Origin: Phoronis australis | Lineage: Eukaryota; Animalia; Phoronida | DNA length: 64,000 nt | NCBI GenBank assembly: GCA_002633005.1 | Contig: NMRA01000721.1 | Location: 117,189 to 181,188 of the forward strand | Direction: 5' to 3' | Shown here: positions 25,101 through 40,100 of the stretch, one piece after another | How positions within the stretch are numbered: the stretch's first letter is position 1 | Layout of the letters: each line of letters starts with the position of its first letter | The notes under the pieces: model-generated | What the model was told of the DNA's origin: nothing | Database searches by the model: none | What the model saw: the letters and a program-made list of their open reading frames with translations, nothing else | Program-made: the position numbers and the translations under genes

Positions 25101-28100
25101 TGTTTCGAGTCGCAGTGTAGTAAGTGTGTAATACACTGTAGTCCACGGAGACATTCTGTTACAAGCGACTGCGTGGTTTGAATTTGTCATCTACGCACTC
25201 TATAGTGGGTCACACACTGCTTTAGAACAAATTCCTTTTCAAAAAGAACCCCTCTTTTATCAATATTTAAAAGCAAATTTCCAGATTCGGTTCATGTCTC
25301 CGAAGGATTAGTAACCCCTGCGACATGCATGTTGGGATCAGGTGTCGTTTCGAGGTTAACCTATATTCTGCAAAATTATATGGCACGTACAGTGTATTCG
25401 GTCCCAAGGAGCAAAGTCGAATTACCCGGTAATGGGAAGCCGCTCGGATTGGATATTATGTCGAAGCTCCAAGGGAATTCAATGGCAGTAGAGAAAAATA
25501 CAGTTGCACCAAACAAATTTGGAATTACTAGACGACGCGGGTAAAATCATGATCTCAACATTTTCTCGACGGCCTAAAACATAATTTGGCACATTTGGTT
25601 AATTTTTGCAACCTGTATTCTTAACGGCTTGATGTGTGTCGTGAAATGCAGATATAAAACGAGTTATTATTAGTTTTGCCTTTGCCATGACCAAAATGTT
25701 AAGCATTGTCTAAAAATATGATTGCTTGGATAAATAAGTTTCGTAAACATACTGAAGCAATGATAAACAAAAACAAACAATAAGCAATGCTTCTTTTCAT
25801 GTTATCCGCTGTATTATGCGCCTTACCACGGATAATTATTGTTTATTTTTGCATAATTTCTTAATATGTTGGTACAGCATTAGAACAAAAGTTTATTTTA
25901 AGAACAACAGTAACAATGGCTTTAACATAGTGCAGAGATTAAGATCATGGGTGCATGAAAACGGAAGAATGTGATCGGTTAAAGTGTGACACATGATCCA
26001 TCATCATTCTGAATTTGTTGTCACTTTCAGAGTAAATTGTTTCCTATCTAGCCAGCTAGCTGTATGGAGACTATAGTCAAAATACAGTAAGGTGCCACTG
26101 TGTATTGAGCTCCGACAGACCTCGGAATTGCAAACAGCCCGATAAGTTACATGTATGCCCGTCACCTTGCCGTGAAGCTTGTATCAACATTAGCTAAAAA
26201 CCGGAGGGTGTGCATGCAAAATCTGGAACTCAATTGCCATTCACCTTGCCCGTCAGGGCCGTTCAAATGAAAAATACAAGACGTCAATTTCTTGTGTAAT
26301 TCACTGCATTGGTTACAAAGAAATGTATGTCGTCGTTTTGAAAGTAGTACATTCGTGACACGCGCTACTTACAGGATTTTTTCGACATCACCCATTGGAT
26401 GAAGACAACATCGCAGCAAAATTTGTTCTAAAATTCGGTTTACAGATATCAAATTCCAAAAACATACAATGAAGTGAAAACAATTCTGATCATTTGTTGT
26501 GACGTTTAACCAACATCGAGGGAGAAAGTGTGATTGAAGAATCTGGGAAAAAGAAACTGGCTAATAGGTGACGCAATATTTCATTGCGCCGAAAGTCGAG
26601 GCAAAAGTTCACACCACAATTTTAGCAGCAGAGTAATTGTAGAAAAGCAATCTTTGAAATTCCTGTAGATAATTTAGGTTACTCAAGGAAGATTTTTTTC
26701 GGTCAGTTTTTACCCACAACGGCGCAAAGTAGTATATTTAATTTAGTAAACAGCTTCGTACAAAGGCCGAGCCCAATATTTAGCGGTTCGCGTCTACTCC
26801 AAGGGGTAACAGTTATATTGATTTACGTTTCATTACAAACTTCTCCTTCTGAGAGTTTCTTTCTCACAAAAGCGGTCTTCGAATGTAGAATCTGGACTAT
26901 GGTATGTAGTGTTTGTCATATCATATTAGTTCACGTTCTTTCCGAAATTATCTATACGATTGTTTGTTTTTAAAGCAGGGGGATAATTGTGATCAGATAT
27001 AAATTCGAATGACTTATTGTACATGTACGCGTACGAGCTATTCACAGTTATAACACATAATTCAACCGATATTACAATATATGCATGCCTAAGAACGTGC
27101 TCCGAGTCAGTGACCATGTAATCAGTATGCCGTAATTTTTGTTTATCTAAATTTGGAAGACCTGCTTTGTACTTGGCCTCGGTTTATTAATGTAGGGTAA
27201 TGACAACACACGACTCTGAAAATTTTGAAAACTTAACTATTTCTTTACGCAGATACGTTTTGTCCCCAAGCGTACATTTGATGTACGACGTGGGCACCGA
27301 CTCTCTGAATGCATCAACCAAGCATATCAATTTTTGAAAATGCCCTCAAAAGTGGTCTTTTATAAAACACCGTGTTGGCCGTATTCGTCAGTGTAGAAAA
27401 GCGAAATAAACCGATTTGTACACACTGCTCAAAGCACTTGTGGACATGCATGTACGGAAACGTCAACGTCGCTGTCTTACAACGGTGTATGTGCTTGGCA
27501 TTTCTGATGAAGCGTTCTCATGCTGGATTTTTTTGAAGATTGAGCGCTGTTTCAAAAAAATGTAGGTCTTCTTACACCAGAGCACAGAAGAATTATTCTG
27601 CACCTTGGTTTATTTTCTACCATTTTTTTTCGACATCGCAATCCGGCGCTTTACCAAAGATTCACGCACGTATGCCGCGTAGAGACAAATACCTCTTCAC
27701 CACGTATTCACATCTTCGCGTTCAAAATCGTTTTATTTTACGTAATTTGTCAATATTTTATTGACAGAAAATATTTATTTTTGGAACAGCGTGAACGAAC
27801 AACTGATACATGCAACCAGCGCAGATTTTAACGTCACCGATGCACTAAAAACGGAGTGCGCAAACCTAGAATTGGTTGTAGCCCCAACAGGTGTTTTGTC
27901 ATGAATTCTCATGAAGTTAATTAAGTGCAAATTTCATCATTTCCTATGACGTACAACTATCCCAACAAAACAGTTTATGTTATATAACAATTTCGGACAT
28001 CTTGTGTTGTTGTTTACTATGCCACTGACCAGTGCCCACTCATAGTGACACCCTATATGGCAAACAGCTGTCCAGACTCCATTCATGTTTATGGTTTGGT

Positions 28101-31100
28101 TGAAATCACCGAAACTCTCAATATTGCTGTTGTTTTGCACTCAATATTGTTGTTTTGCACGCACAACCCACACACATTTCTATTCACTACATATATTGTA
28201 GCTAGAGTTAATAAACTTTGTGTGTCAGTAGAAACTCAACGACTGTGTTACTTTTTATGTTGCTCTCCATCGACTTGCTGTTGCTACCTTGTTAGCCAAC
28301 TACTGTATCTACCGTTCAACAAAGAACCGGGTAACCACAACTATACTACCACGACCATCCCCACACTAGTGGAATCCGTGTCTCCACATTGCCGATATTT
28401 CCATCAGGTTTTTACGTGTTTCATGTCACTGACTAAGTTCATGGAAATCGAGTAACCACGTGATTTCGAAGTAAGAGTCATCAAAGTCCGTGGGTTTAAT
28501 GCATACAGGACCGTGAAGTTCACGTCTGTACTGCAAGGGTTAAAGGCTAATGCCACCCGATTTAATTAGTCTTTTTGCCGTCTTAATCGGTCTATTTTCA
28601 CATCGCCTCGAATACGGTCGACCTTATCTTGCCAAGAGGTGTCGCGTTAACCTGTGAAGAAGGTGAGAAACGACGCTAGCGACGTCTGTGGTTCATATGC
28701 AGAATGAATGCCGCTATGTTGCGGTGTATCGTTCCAGCTTGTCCGAACTAAGCAGCCGCGAGGAAAGCGAGTATATCGGGTTTTTTTTACTTCCTCGAGA
28801 GTTCGAAATGCTTAGGAAGTGGCTCATGGTAGTGAAGAATGAAATGTACGCTGTAAATAGCAAGTATGAGGCCGTGAAACATCTCCGTGTCTGTGGCCTG
28901 CAGACGACGTCGACAGTGCCTCACGAATGCCCGGCTTACCAAATAACTCCATACGTTCCGTTGTCTGAGCTTGTTCACGGCGCCTCTCTAGTATTTCTTC
29001 ATCACTGTATTCCTGTTCGAATTGATAGCCTGTAAAACTTAACGATCCACCTGCGAAGTCGGGACTGATGAGCCGCTCTAGCTCGCCCGAAGTCGGGATT
29101 GCGAGTTGCCATGTTTGGCGTTTATTACTGAGCGTTCTGTTTCAAAATGAATTATTCTCACCCTAACCAATACTTATATAAAACTGAAACAAAGTCTGTC
29201 TCATTAGATGCAATTTGTAATGCCTTTGGAGTGTCTGTGAGTGCACAAAATGATTTGAAAAGCCAGCAATGAATAAATCACTGCGTTACCGGCTTTAGGA
29301 GCAATAAAACTAATTGACGGGACACCGAGGCCGTGTGAGCTCATGCTAATTTAGTGTTAGGGGAATCTTTATTTACATTTACAATACTCAAATAATGATT
29401 ATCAATGTACAACTTCTGCCCTGACGGTGCTGTGGCCAAAGCGGAACGAATTCGCGGCCCCCGACGAGTAACTTAAGAAGATTTGCAGTTTCGTGGCTAA
29501 TTCACCGACATAATCACGTGCACATTACTTTGGCTCACTGGCCAGGATAAGCGTTTTGTGTTTAGAACTCAGAAAATCACAAGTCTAAACAACACAGATC
29601 TATGTTCTCCTGTCTGTATCTCACGGAAAATACTTCGAAATTTTCTCTGAACACACCCCAAACTCCTGCTACGGACCTTATGGGCCTGCCGAACTTTGTA
29701 GCCCGGGCTACGGTGTGTCCAAATACCAATAAATCCCGTAACAGTGAGATAAAACAAAAAGTTATTGTGAGAACTCGGTGTATTTTTAAGGGTTTTACAT
29801 CGAATTTTGATGATTTATTGGTGTTAAACGATGACTCCAAGCGATAACCTGACACCAGTAACCTGTGTTGTGAACTGCTGAACAGACTGCGTTTGAAACC
29901 GATTACGTCATTGGATAATTTCAACACCTCCGTCTGCCGTCAGGTGTCAGGTAACGCAACCGCACGTGTCGTTATGGAGTAGAACTACTCGATCTAAATT
30001 GATACAAATTATGTTGTTTTTTGGGTGGATGCTCCTTTAATACTATGAAAATAAAAACCCGGAGTGAGAGCTCTTCGGTGTAACAACTGATGGGTACGTG
30101 ATAGGAGACCCGTGGAGAATTTTTAAAAACGCAAAAAATTCAGTTCGACGTAACACAAACAAAAAAAAAATTGAGCGAAAATGTTAAAAATAGCTTTGTT
30201 TACAAAATGACTACAGCCTGTATTGACCGGGAAGCAGCCAATCTAATGCAGCTTGTTAACGCCAGGAGACAAATTAAAGATCAAATGTAAAGAAAACTTT
30301 CAGGTCTTTTTGTCGAAAACTTGTTGCACTGTCAATATTTCAATGATATTACCCCTTGCCTCCAACATTCGAATCAGCGGGTGTTACTCAACCGATTTGA
30401 ACTCATGTAACGGAGACAGTAAAACTAGATTAATTTATTTGACCCTGTGCTAAGACGAATATGCATCGTCACGCAAAGTGGTACCAGCATGACAATCTAT
30501 TACGCAACTGCTACTCTAACCTAAAAATAGCAGCCCACCAACTGGTCGGCTGATGGCCAGTCGGCTAAAGTTCATTTGAAGGGTCGGCTGGGGAAGCGCC
30601 TAAGTTATGAGTCGGCACTGCGGCCGGCTTGCCGGCAAATTTGCCGGTCGACGGGCGGTCGTCGACCAATTTCCGACCAGTCGGACAAAAATTCGTGATG
30701 TGTGCTGAAGGTCAAAGTTTTCCGTATCCCGTTACATGATAAATCTTATATAAAAATGTAATAATGGTCATCTTCAATCTACCCATACCATAGTCTTGAA
30801 TGACAACTTCGTTGCGTGAGCCAGACAAAACTGGTAACACTTTCTTAGCCGGAGAAAGGCGAAGAAGGGATATTGCGAAAAAATGCAAACCAATTTTCTT
30901 ATCATCAAAGCTTAAATCAATAACACCAAGTAGCAGAATTTTAGACCAATAAGGAATTGTTTTATCAGTATTACAAAACTACCATAATTTAACTTCACCA
31001 TGTTTTGCAAGTAGGATGTAAAGCTTATTTCTAGAAAAGAATCAAATTCTTACTTCCCCGCGTCAGGTCTTCATTTACATTGGACACAACCTGCTTGATA

Positions 31101-34100
31101 TCCGCATGCAGTTTTACAAAACGCAGACAAATTCATCAAAATTGGGGTTGAAGTCTGAGTAATTTGCAGACGGGTCCACAAACGAGAGTCAGGACTTGAC
31201 TGAACTGTCCAATTTTTCCAGATCAGTATATTGCATCAATTTGCATTGAATATTTTCAAATTCTTTTGAGTTGGAAAATGATTTTTCCAGAACATTATTT
31301 AGAGTAAGATGTCCAAAGTGGGGCAAGTTACGTGTACACTAGTTTAATTAACGTCCAGACACCACCCCTAGCCTCGCAACAACTCGTTTCAAGAATAGCA
31401 TATTCTACGACAAGGTTGTATGCGCATGGCCCTGATGCCTAATATCTCTGCTCACAGCTTATTTCTAAATTAGGAGGTATTCTACAACCGCGGTTGATCG
31501 AAAATAATTAAAAATATATCATACTGCCTGACATCAAATTACCGTCAAATTACTTTCAGGAATTTTCAGCAAAGTTAGCAAAATAAAATATGAATCACTT
31601 GTTTCCGTCATAGATTAGAAACATCAGTTCAAGGATATCTTGTTCAATAATATAGTGCATGTGTCATATAAAATGCATGAAATTCTCCGATAAAGCCTTC
31701 CACCAATCAACATCAGAGCTGGGTCAGCAACAACACTTGGAAAACATGCATCAAGCGAAAGGAGTCTCCAATTTTTAGGTTTTCACGAGGCTTTCCTTAT
31801 TATGGATAAGCTTAATTTATCGCATGACTGTGATTTAGTGAGCTCTCTATTTAAGCTAGTTCGCAGTATTCCCTAACAAAGGTATCAAAATTTTCAAAAA
31901 AATATATGTTGGAAATCAATCGGAACCGGGAGATATTTTGCATTTCACATTTTTTAAGATATCCGTTACATCTTTCACAATTATTTCGTGTTCCATTTTC
32001 TTCTAACATCATGTAACTTTGGAACGACCTTTGCCGATGGGGTGGCTTGGTTACAGCCATACGGCCATGATTCTGGCTCGCAGATACCAGTACGTGTACG
32101 CCCACTGCGACTTGTTGCGACGGACAACTATAAATTAATCAGTAGCCAAGGATCACATCTTTTTTCAAGCTATAGCGCACTTCAACAGAACATCATGCAA
32201 TTAGTTCAATTTTTTTACGGAACAAACAGAATATAGAGGGATGAGGGAACATCGATATCGAAATGTGATAATAAAATATGTTATTGACTAAAAAAAAGCA
32301 AGTTCCGCAGGGGAATTTTAGTTGGAAAATCTCTTGGATGTAGTGTATTGGGAAAACAGGCACGAAAAAAACATTCAATAAACAACGACTTCAAATAAAG
32401 TTAGTTCTAAAAACCCAATTTCATTGATACTAAGTTAACCATCGGTGCAAGAAAGCTTTCCAGTCATGGATCGATACAAAATCAAAACCCAAATGTCTAG
32501 GTCGTCCCGTGGGTTGAAAAAATGAAGAGCTCTGAGGTTTTAGAAAAACCGCGTTTTGCAACTGAAAGCCATGTTTAGGTGCACATATGCTAGCTACATC
32601 GATACACTTGTCTGCAGGACTTTTTAAAGGGACATTCATTAATAACAAACAAATGATTAAAAGTTGCAGGTGTACAGTTTCGATTTGACAATCGAGTATT
32701 TCTTTCATGAGACCACCTTATGATTCCGACTGAAGCTGCAAATAGTAATCTGACGTAAATTATGAGATACAGTACCGAGTAGGTACTTGACAGAGAATTG
32801 GAAGATAATTCCAGCAGTTAATTCAAAATGACGTCATCATGAAAGTTGTAAGGTACTTCGTTCACATATGCTCAGTTGCCCTGAACAAACATCTGAGGCC
32901 GAAATTAATTTTACGATCAAATTGATTCAGTTTTTAAGGATTTGTTTACAATTATGTCTCATTTGTTTTAATGAGCTGCCATTGAGTTGAAACTGGTCAA
33001 TTTTGATGGATTTTTCAATTCCGTCTAAACTGGTTGCATTCTGATTTTTTTATTCGTTTTGCATTCTTTTTACGTGCAACTGCCGTGGATGCTGCGTTTT
33101 GGCATACGCATGTACAGTAGATATAGCATTCTATCATGGTTATAGAGAGGTTTGATATGAATTTTGTGTCGATGATTAACCGAAGTGATAGTGAATGGTG
33201 ATTCCAAATATGCCAAAAACAGCATCTGGTATGCTAGACCACTAAATAGCAACAAGTGCTAAAACTTTTAATCCCGGTGCTCTAACTGTCCTGCCATCTA
33301 TAGGGAACTTTTTAACAAGACTGTTATAATTCCTGTGAACTTCTAGGAATGAATACATCTGCACGAAAGAAATTATGAACTAAAACTGATCGTGAACGCT
33401 AGAAACCTGAATGCTATTATTGAAGACAGCGTCCCTAACACACCCTTATTTTCAGTTGTGAGAACATTTTTGGAATCCGTAAGTGAGCATACATGTATCC
33501 TATTATACTCAACTGCATGTTAAATAATAAGGCAACGACACAAATCTGGATTGAAGAGCAACATCAAAACAGAAATCAATAAAATAAATACATCCAACAA
33601 AAAACAAAAAGACTGTTGATTTTTCAACAATTAAAAATAAATCCACGGTTTGGGGACCTGCACTACGTGGTTGGACTGGTCATGAGGAGTACGGCGTCGT
33701 CATGAGCAACTTGGTGTTGGAATACAACAATGGTCGAGCAAAATTGTCCTTAAAATGTAAAAATCGATCGTACATGTAAATAAAAGCAGGTTTGCCCAAT
33801 AGCTTAAGAGTCGTGGCAAGCTCTGAAAGCTTCTCACGTTAGAGTGACCAGGAATGACTGCCTGAATTTGAAGAATAGTGGTGAAGGTTTCTTATAAACT
33901 GATGCATTACGTCGTTGATATTATACATTTCATGAGTCCACTGCGGAAGTTTCAGATACCAATGGGTTTGATTAACAAAAATAGGGAAAGAATAAACTAG
34001 TAGGCAGTAAGACAAACGACTGTCGGGACTCGCCTGAGCCAACTGTACGGACTCGACATAATTAGATTTTTGAAATTTGTCCGAACTCGCCATTCTTCTG

Positions 34101-37100
34101 GTTACTAAAAATTAGTCGAAATCTATCCATAATACATTGTTTAACTTTACAATTGCCAATTGTTTTCGAGTATTGTTGGTATTGTCAATATGTGACTTGA
34201 GAAAGATTGGATGTATTTGCAAATGGTGTATTAAAGTAAGAACGCGGATAAGACGTGTGAGGCCATTGTAATTAATCATTTATTTTATGTTTTATGTGGT
34301 TCCTCAAATATACAAGTAACGTTGATTTGTATCCTGGGCTGTAATTTTAATGCATGTGCTCTATCTCGTGAAAAGGAAATAGTTTACATTGTTTAACATA
34401 TTAATTTAGATAGTGAAAGAGGTGAGGTGTAAAAAACTCATGGTGACAAAGTATTTCCTAGTAAGGTGCGACCACTTTTACTGCTTAAACGAAAAATAGA
34501 AAAAATCAACAATTTGAACATCAGCCTAGCTAAAAGTTTTGTAAATGATACATTTCAAATTGCGATGTTCAATCACGCCTAGTAAACTGATACTTGGACC
34601 CGTAGTCAACAACATAGAAAAATAAAGCATTTAAGACTACTTAAGAAATTGTCAAAACGCGACGACTGGTATAACCTAAAGTGAAGCGATAACGTTGGAC
34701 TAACTTGTGCAAGACCAACAGTCGAGTAACTCATTTCAAAAAGAGAGGGTGGAACCGAGTCTTAAAATGGATCATTCGTCTTTGGAAATCCACCTAAGTC
34801 AATCGAAACGACAATAAACCATTTCAGCATGTCTAAAAATTTTTGGTTGAAGATACGTCTGTTTCCAATAGTAAATTCGCTAAAAAACTTATTTAAATTA
34901 TATTTGATTGCAAGGGATTTTGAGTAAACATTTGCAGTTCTAACTTCGGTACAACCTCATTTTGAAGAAACGACTGCACCTCACTATTACTTACTCCTCC
35001 ACCAAGTTCATTGCCCTTAAACAATCTCCGAAGTTGTTTAACATTGTAACTGTAAAAAGGTACGTGAAAATAACGAAATAGCATCGCCACAGATTCTCTA
35101 CAAATAAGCAACCCTACTTCGAAAACACACAACTTTCATTCAATTTATTTATACTGCATAAAACTTTGTTCGGGAATTTCGTGAGCCCAAGTATGCAAAG
35201 ACAAAATGAATAACAGTTTATCGTGCTGTAATAAAAATATCAAAATCAAACATCAAAGAAAACGGTTGTAAAAAAACGTTCTATTCAAGGTGAATTCAAA
35301 TCCAGTGATGATCAGGTTAGAGTTCATGCGTGAATACTTACCAGTTCATCCAGTGGTTGGTTGACGTTCCATCCACTGGCTAAATATTCCACGAGTTTAG
35401 TACTGTTTCCATCTTTCACGGCTGTTCTAACCTGAAAACAAAAAAGCAAAAAGATATGGTTTGTATATTAAACAGCATATATGCACTATAATGAGGAGGT
35501 CAGATTTACAAACAGCTCATGAGGTGATATGAACATTCCGGGAAGGCCAGGGTGGCCGTTGGTTCTTGATAATGCCGACCTTATGAACTACTGTCCTAAA
35601 ATTGTGACTCATGTTGATATCTGCATGGAGGAGCCCAAGAGAATAACTAATTGAAACATGTTAGTCTTCTTCCTCCTAGCATTCTCAGTTCTTACACTGC
35701 AAACCAACTTCATATTACTCCACGTGCATCATGTATCTTTACAATACATTGTATAAGGTCCAGACTTCTCGGTCAAACAAGTAGTGTATTACAATAGGAG
35801 TCTTCACTCCACCGTCTTGCAATTCTCCGCAATGGTTATCGGTCCAAAAACTAGCGCCCCAAGCGGGCAATAAGTAACACCAATTTAGTGGCGGAGTCCG
35901 CACCATGTAAACACTGATAAATTCATACATGTAAAATGGAGTTTCACGAACAATAAAATTACCGTGTGGTTGTAAATGGGTAAAACACGTAAACTCATAT
36001 CCACTTATAATCGCATGAGAAATATTAAAATGTATTTGCTTTCATTTTCTTGAAGCTCCCTTGAAAAGCCATGCGTGAGTGTGTTTAATTTTGTGAGTTC
36101 TTTATAACATTCCATACCTTCCCGGACTACACAATTTTAGTGATTGGTCATGGGGGTTCGGGGGGTAGCTACCTTCAAGTGCCAGTAAGAGGGTACAATG
36201 GAGGAGTGCAAACCAGGTAAAAACCAATGTGGTAGGAAACATTGCCACAAATTTTGATTGCTTCCCCGATCATTGACAACATGCGCTCAGGTGATGAAAA
36301 GACTTTGCCACCGGTTTGTGCAAAACTCCAAGACTTTTGCTCCCGTCAAAAACATCATGGTTTTGTTTCATGTTTGAGTTTTTAATCAGGAAAATTACAT
36401 TTGATACGTCCATGGACAACACAATTTCAATAATTCCTGTTGGGGATTCAGGACGCAGTTGCTCCCAGGATATATGGGAGGAGTGCAAAACAGATAAAAC
36501 CCAATCGGTGTGTCACAAGGTGTTGAACACCTTCTATCCTCACACAGTTTGGTTGCTATACCACTATGACCATTGGCAACATGTGTTGAAGGGGTGATTA
36601 GGCTTCAGTTGGCTCTCGTTTGTGCATGCCCGGCCCTCATGTGGTTATGTCAGCACCATCGTGGCTAATTCCAACTTTTCAAGTCATAGTACCCCCCCTC
36701 TCTCTGGTGGTTTCCTCTGTACCCAATAGTTTCAAATAAGTTCCCTATTCATTGCACCAGGCTACTAGCAATGAAGACAATTGTTTTGGGAAGTGGGTGT
36801 TACACAAGTAAGAAGACGAAAGCAAGGCAGTCCATCACTACAACAACATTGTAATCCATTCTGATGAACTCTTGCATATAATTTTAGAACACTCCATTAT
36901 TTCTTAGTTACACGCCAGTACAGGCTAAACTACCCATTCTCCCACTATAATCACAAGTACTTACAAAATCAGTTGCTAAGCTTTAAAGTGGCTCACAACT
37001 TTCAAATTGCATTAACATTAAATGTTTCATCACTCACAACCAGTCAAAATTGAGAATGAGCTGACAAAATATTTTAAGAGGTACTGAACAGCAATCAAAT

Positions 37101-40100
37101 TGTTCACTGCCCACCCAACGTCATACAGAACTGAACTAAAGACAGTAAATATTTCAGGTAAGTTACTGTAACAGCCTAACAGAGAGATCATACCTGTTAC
37201 TTAGCAACAACTCAGGTTTGTATTGATCACCGTCTTCAAAAACGTACAAAATAGTCAGCACATACATGTACATGTACACCGATAAAACAAGAAAATCTGA
37301 ACAACGTCCCCACTCCCTATACGGTGACTCGTAAACAACAGCTCTTTTCGCCAAAGAAATGCCTAAATGACACTAATTTACTCACAGAAGATTTTGTTAT
37401 CAAGCAGCAAACTGGTTCTGAATCCTAAACTCAACAAACGTGGGATAAACCAACCTAACCAGTTCTGAGAACAGTGTAGAAAAGACAAGAGCATAGATGA
37501 TGTATTTAGTCCTCAATCCATACCACAGTACAAAAATAACCCAAACGCTCCTTAATGCCTGTAAAAATACAAAAACTTACAGTTAACTCCTTCAGCGGCA
37601 AGACTCCACGTCTAAATTAACAAAGTGGGGACGTTTTTCTCTAGAAATTTTAATTTTGATATAAAATTATGCTTTAGCTTTTTCAAATAATTTAGCTTGG
37701 TTTGATCAAAATTTCAGCTATGCTTCCAGGCTTTGAAAGACAAACCTTATGAAATTGAAAAACATGTTTTGACCAAGTGACATTTTCACACTTGATGTAC
37801 GGCACTCCTTGGTCAAACTCACAATCACTGGATACGTGACAGGTAAATTAGATACCGGAATCTACGTAGATAAGCCCACCCGTTTAAACTCCCATGTGCG
37901 TTTATTTGGAAAATTATGCAAATAAACAGCAATGGGCGTTTATTTGGAGTTACAACTTTTGGTGTCAAGTTTCCAGATAGCCGGGCGTTTATTCGGGAAA
38001 TTTCCCATGAAAAGCTCTATAAGAGTAAACGTTTTGTCAAAAATCAGTTTTGTAGAGCATTTGTCTAATACAAAACTGCTGACGAACTTTGCATTTATTA
38101 ACACAAATTTTAAAAATTCATTTGGATGCAACAAATTTCAGGAAACTCACATGTATGAATATCCATTTACACGCCCCCCCCATTCCGAATAAACGCCCAG
38201 GCGTTTATTTGGTCTTAGCAAAACTTCTGATTTTCAGAATACACGGCCATGGGCTTAGCTAAGGAAATGCCGGTAATAGTCTTGTGCTCACGTTGTGGAT
38301 TTCCTTTCATTCATACATAGAATATGCCGTGACAGTGAAAGGTAATTTGACATTTTAAAAATCACCTGCTACAAACACCTTACATCAACGTGTTGTCTAG
38401 TACCATACTATAAATACGCAAACTCGGTTCTGGTATCATATCATGCTGCACATCACACCTTAAAAATTAAGAAAAACATAGATACCATCGGGTGTTGCTG
38501 AACATTTCTTCCGTGTAGTTTCAAAAATCACAATACATTACGCTTGGATGTAAAACACACTTGCTAATATATGTCATGTTAGTGGACGATGTGTTTGCTC
38601 TGAATAAGCATATTCAAGAAGACGAAGGTCACAGGCTAGACAACTTTAACCTATATTTTTTCGCCACAAAACTTTTGGTTTCCGTGCACAAAAGTGTCAC
38701 ATGACCATAGACAAAACTTTTGGATAATTGCAACAACTTGTGACATGGTTATAAAAAGACTACACCGAGACTTCTGCGGCATGAACTAAAGTAAATATTT
38801 AACAAATGACGAATTGTCATATTAGCTATAATGGTTCGTTTATTGACTACGAATAGACGTGAAATACACTTAATTATTGCGAAGTTGGGAAAGCATCTCG
38901 TGGCAATATATGACAAAGGATATCAATGTGCTAATACTCGTGTAAAGTTATAGCGAAAGAAGCAGTACTGAACGAGACATGGAAGATTTTTAAAGTGTAT
39001 TGAAATAATGTTATTTATAAATAGCTGTTCGCGCAAATTTCGCATTAAGTTACTTGTTTAACAGGGTGCAATGACTCGCATGCACTGAACAGCGGTCCAC
39101 ACATACCGGGCAACACGGTCTAAATAAACAAGAAATCAATAAGTCTTCATCAAAATAACGTTGTTATGAGTGATAGCGCTTCTGTCCAAGAATATCACAA
39201 CAGGTTTGCCTACATGTACAAAGGAAAAGGCGAAAATGTCGTTATCCATACCACGAACCCTTGGAGAAGGTCGGTGTGTATAACGTCTGAACAACTGCTC
39301 CAGTGCTAGTCATTTTACAAACACCTTTACTAATAATCGCATATCCTAGTTGTCCTCTACAATTTTTCACGATTCCCTCCTCAAAGCAAACTATAAAAAG
39401 CCTCAAGGTTTGTTTAAAGTCTAGTGTCAAGGTCTAGTGTAAGGGAAGGAAGTGTGACAAATGAATGAACTCTATTAAGGCAGAAGAATATGAACAGTAA
39501 CTTTCCAAAACATATAAGGTCGTCCAGTACAGTGTATCAGAAAATCATTAATTCCCGAAAGATTGCTGCAATGACTTGTTTGGTTCAAGTCTATGCTACA
39601 AATGGTATTGGTCCACTTCATCTTCGGGTCTGAGAACAGTAAATGGTGTATCATTCCATATTGTTTCACGTCGGATAAATTAATGTTGTCATTAAATGTT
39701 GTTAATTAAGTTTCGATCTTTATCCCTGGCTCACGAGTTATTCGGGTGTATATAATTGTGGCATTGTAATTCAGTTTCCGCCAACTATATATTTAGAAAA
39801 ATATTCACCTATATCGTTGTGAACAACCCTGGCCCTCAGGTGAACTATCCTAGTTGTACACAAACGCTTAAGCATGTCATCGCTATTTTGGTAAATCTTG
39901 TCTTCAAAAAATATGTAACTGTAAACTGCGACGACAGTTTTATGCAATTTCAGTGTAAACATGTGATGTACCTAAAAATATAACATGTGTCAGAATACTG
40001 CTGGCGACACATCGGACTCTGTATCAGTTACCCACGTTTCGTTTGTGTCAGTTTATGTCTCTATCTACCCAACTTTGCAAAGATTTAAGTCAACGTTACG

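Noticed and set aside
32430-32830. Possible transposase remnant
   Set aside because: No recognisable catalytic motif or termini.
33839-34093. ORF beginning MASS like the ankyrin first exon
   Set aside because: Only 11 nt of similarity, no donor site, and it lies downstream of exon 2.
36195-36600. Two ~130-bp direct repeats (ggaggagtgcaaa...) as possible LTRs of a mini-element
   Set aside because: No TG..CA ends, PBS, PPT or TSD seen; probably internal repeats of an old element.
37386-37424. 39-nt phase-0 candidate exon (DSEPVCCLITKSS) with a gtgagt donor
   Set aside because: Poor acceptor tract; not needed, because exon 1 and exon 2 already join into a sensible N-cap.
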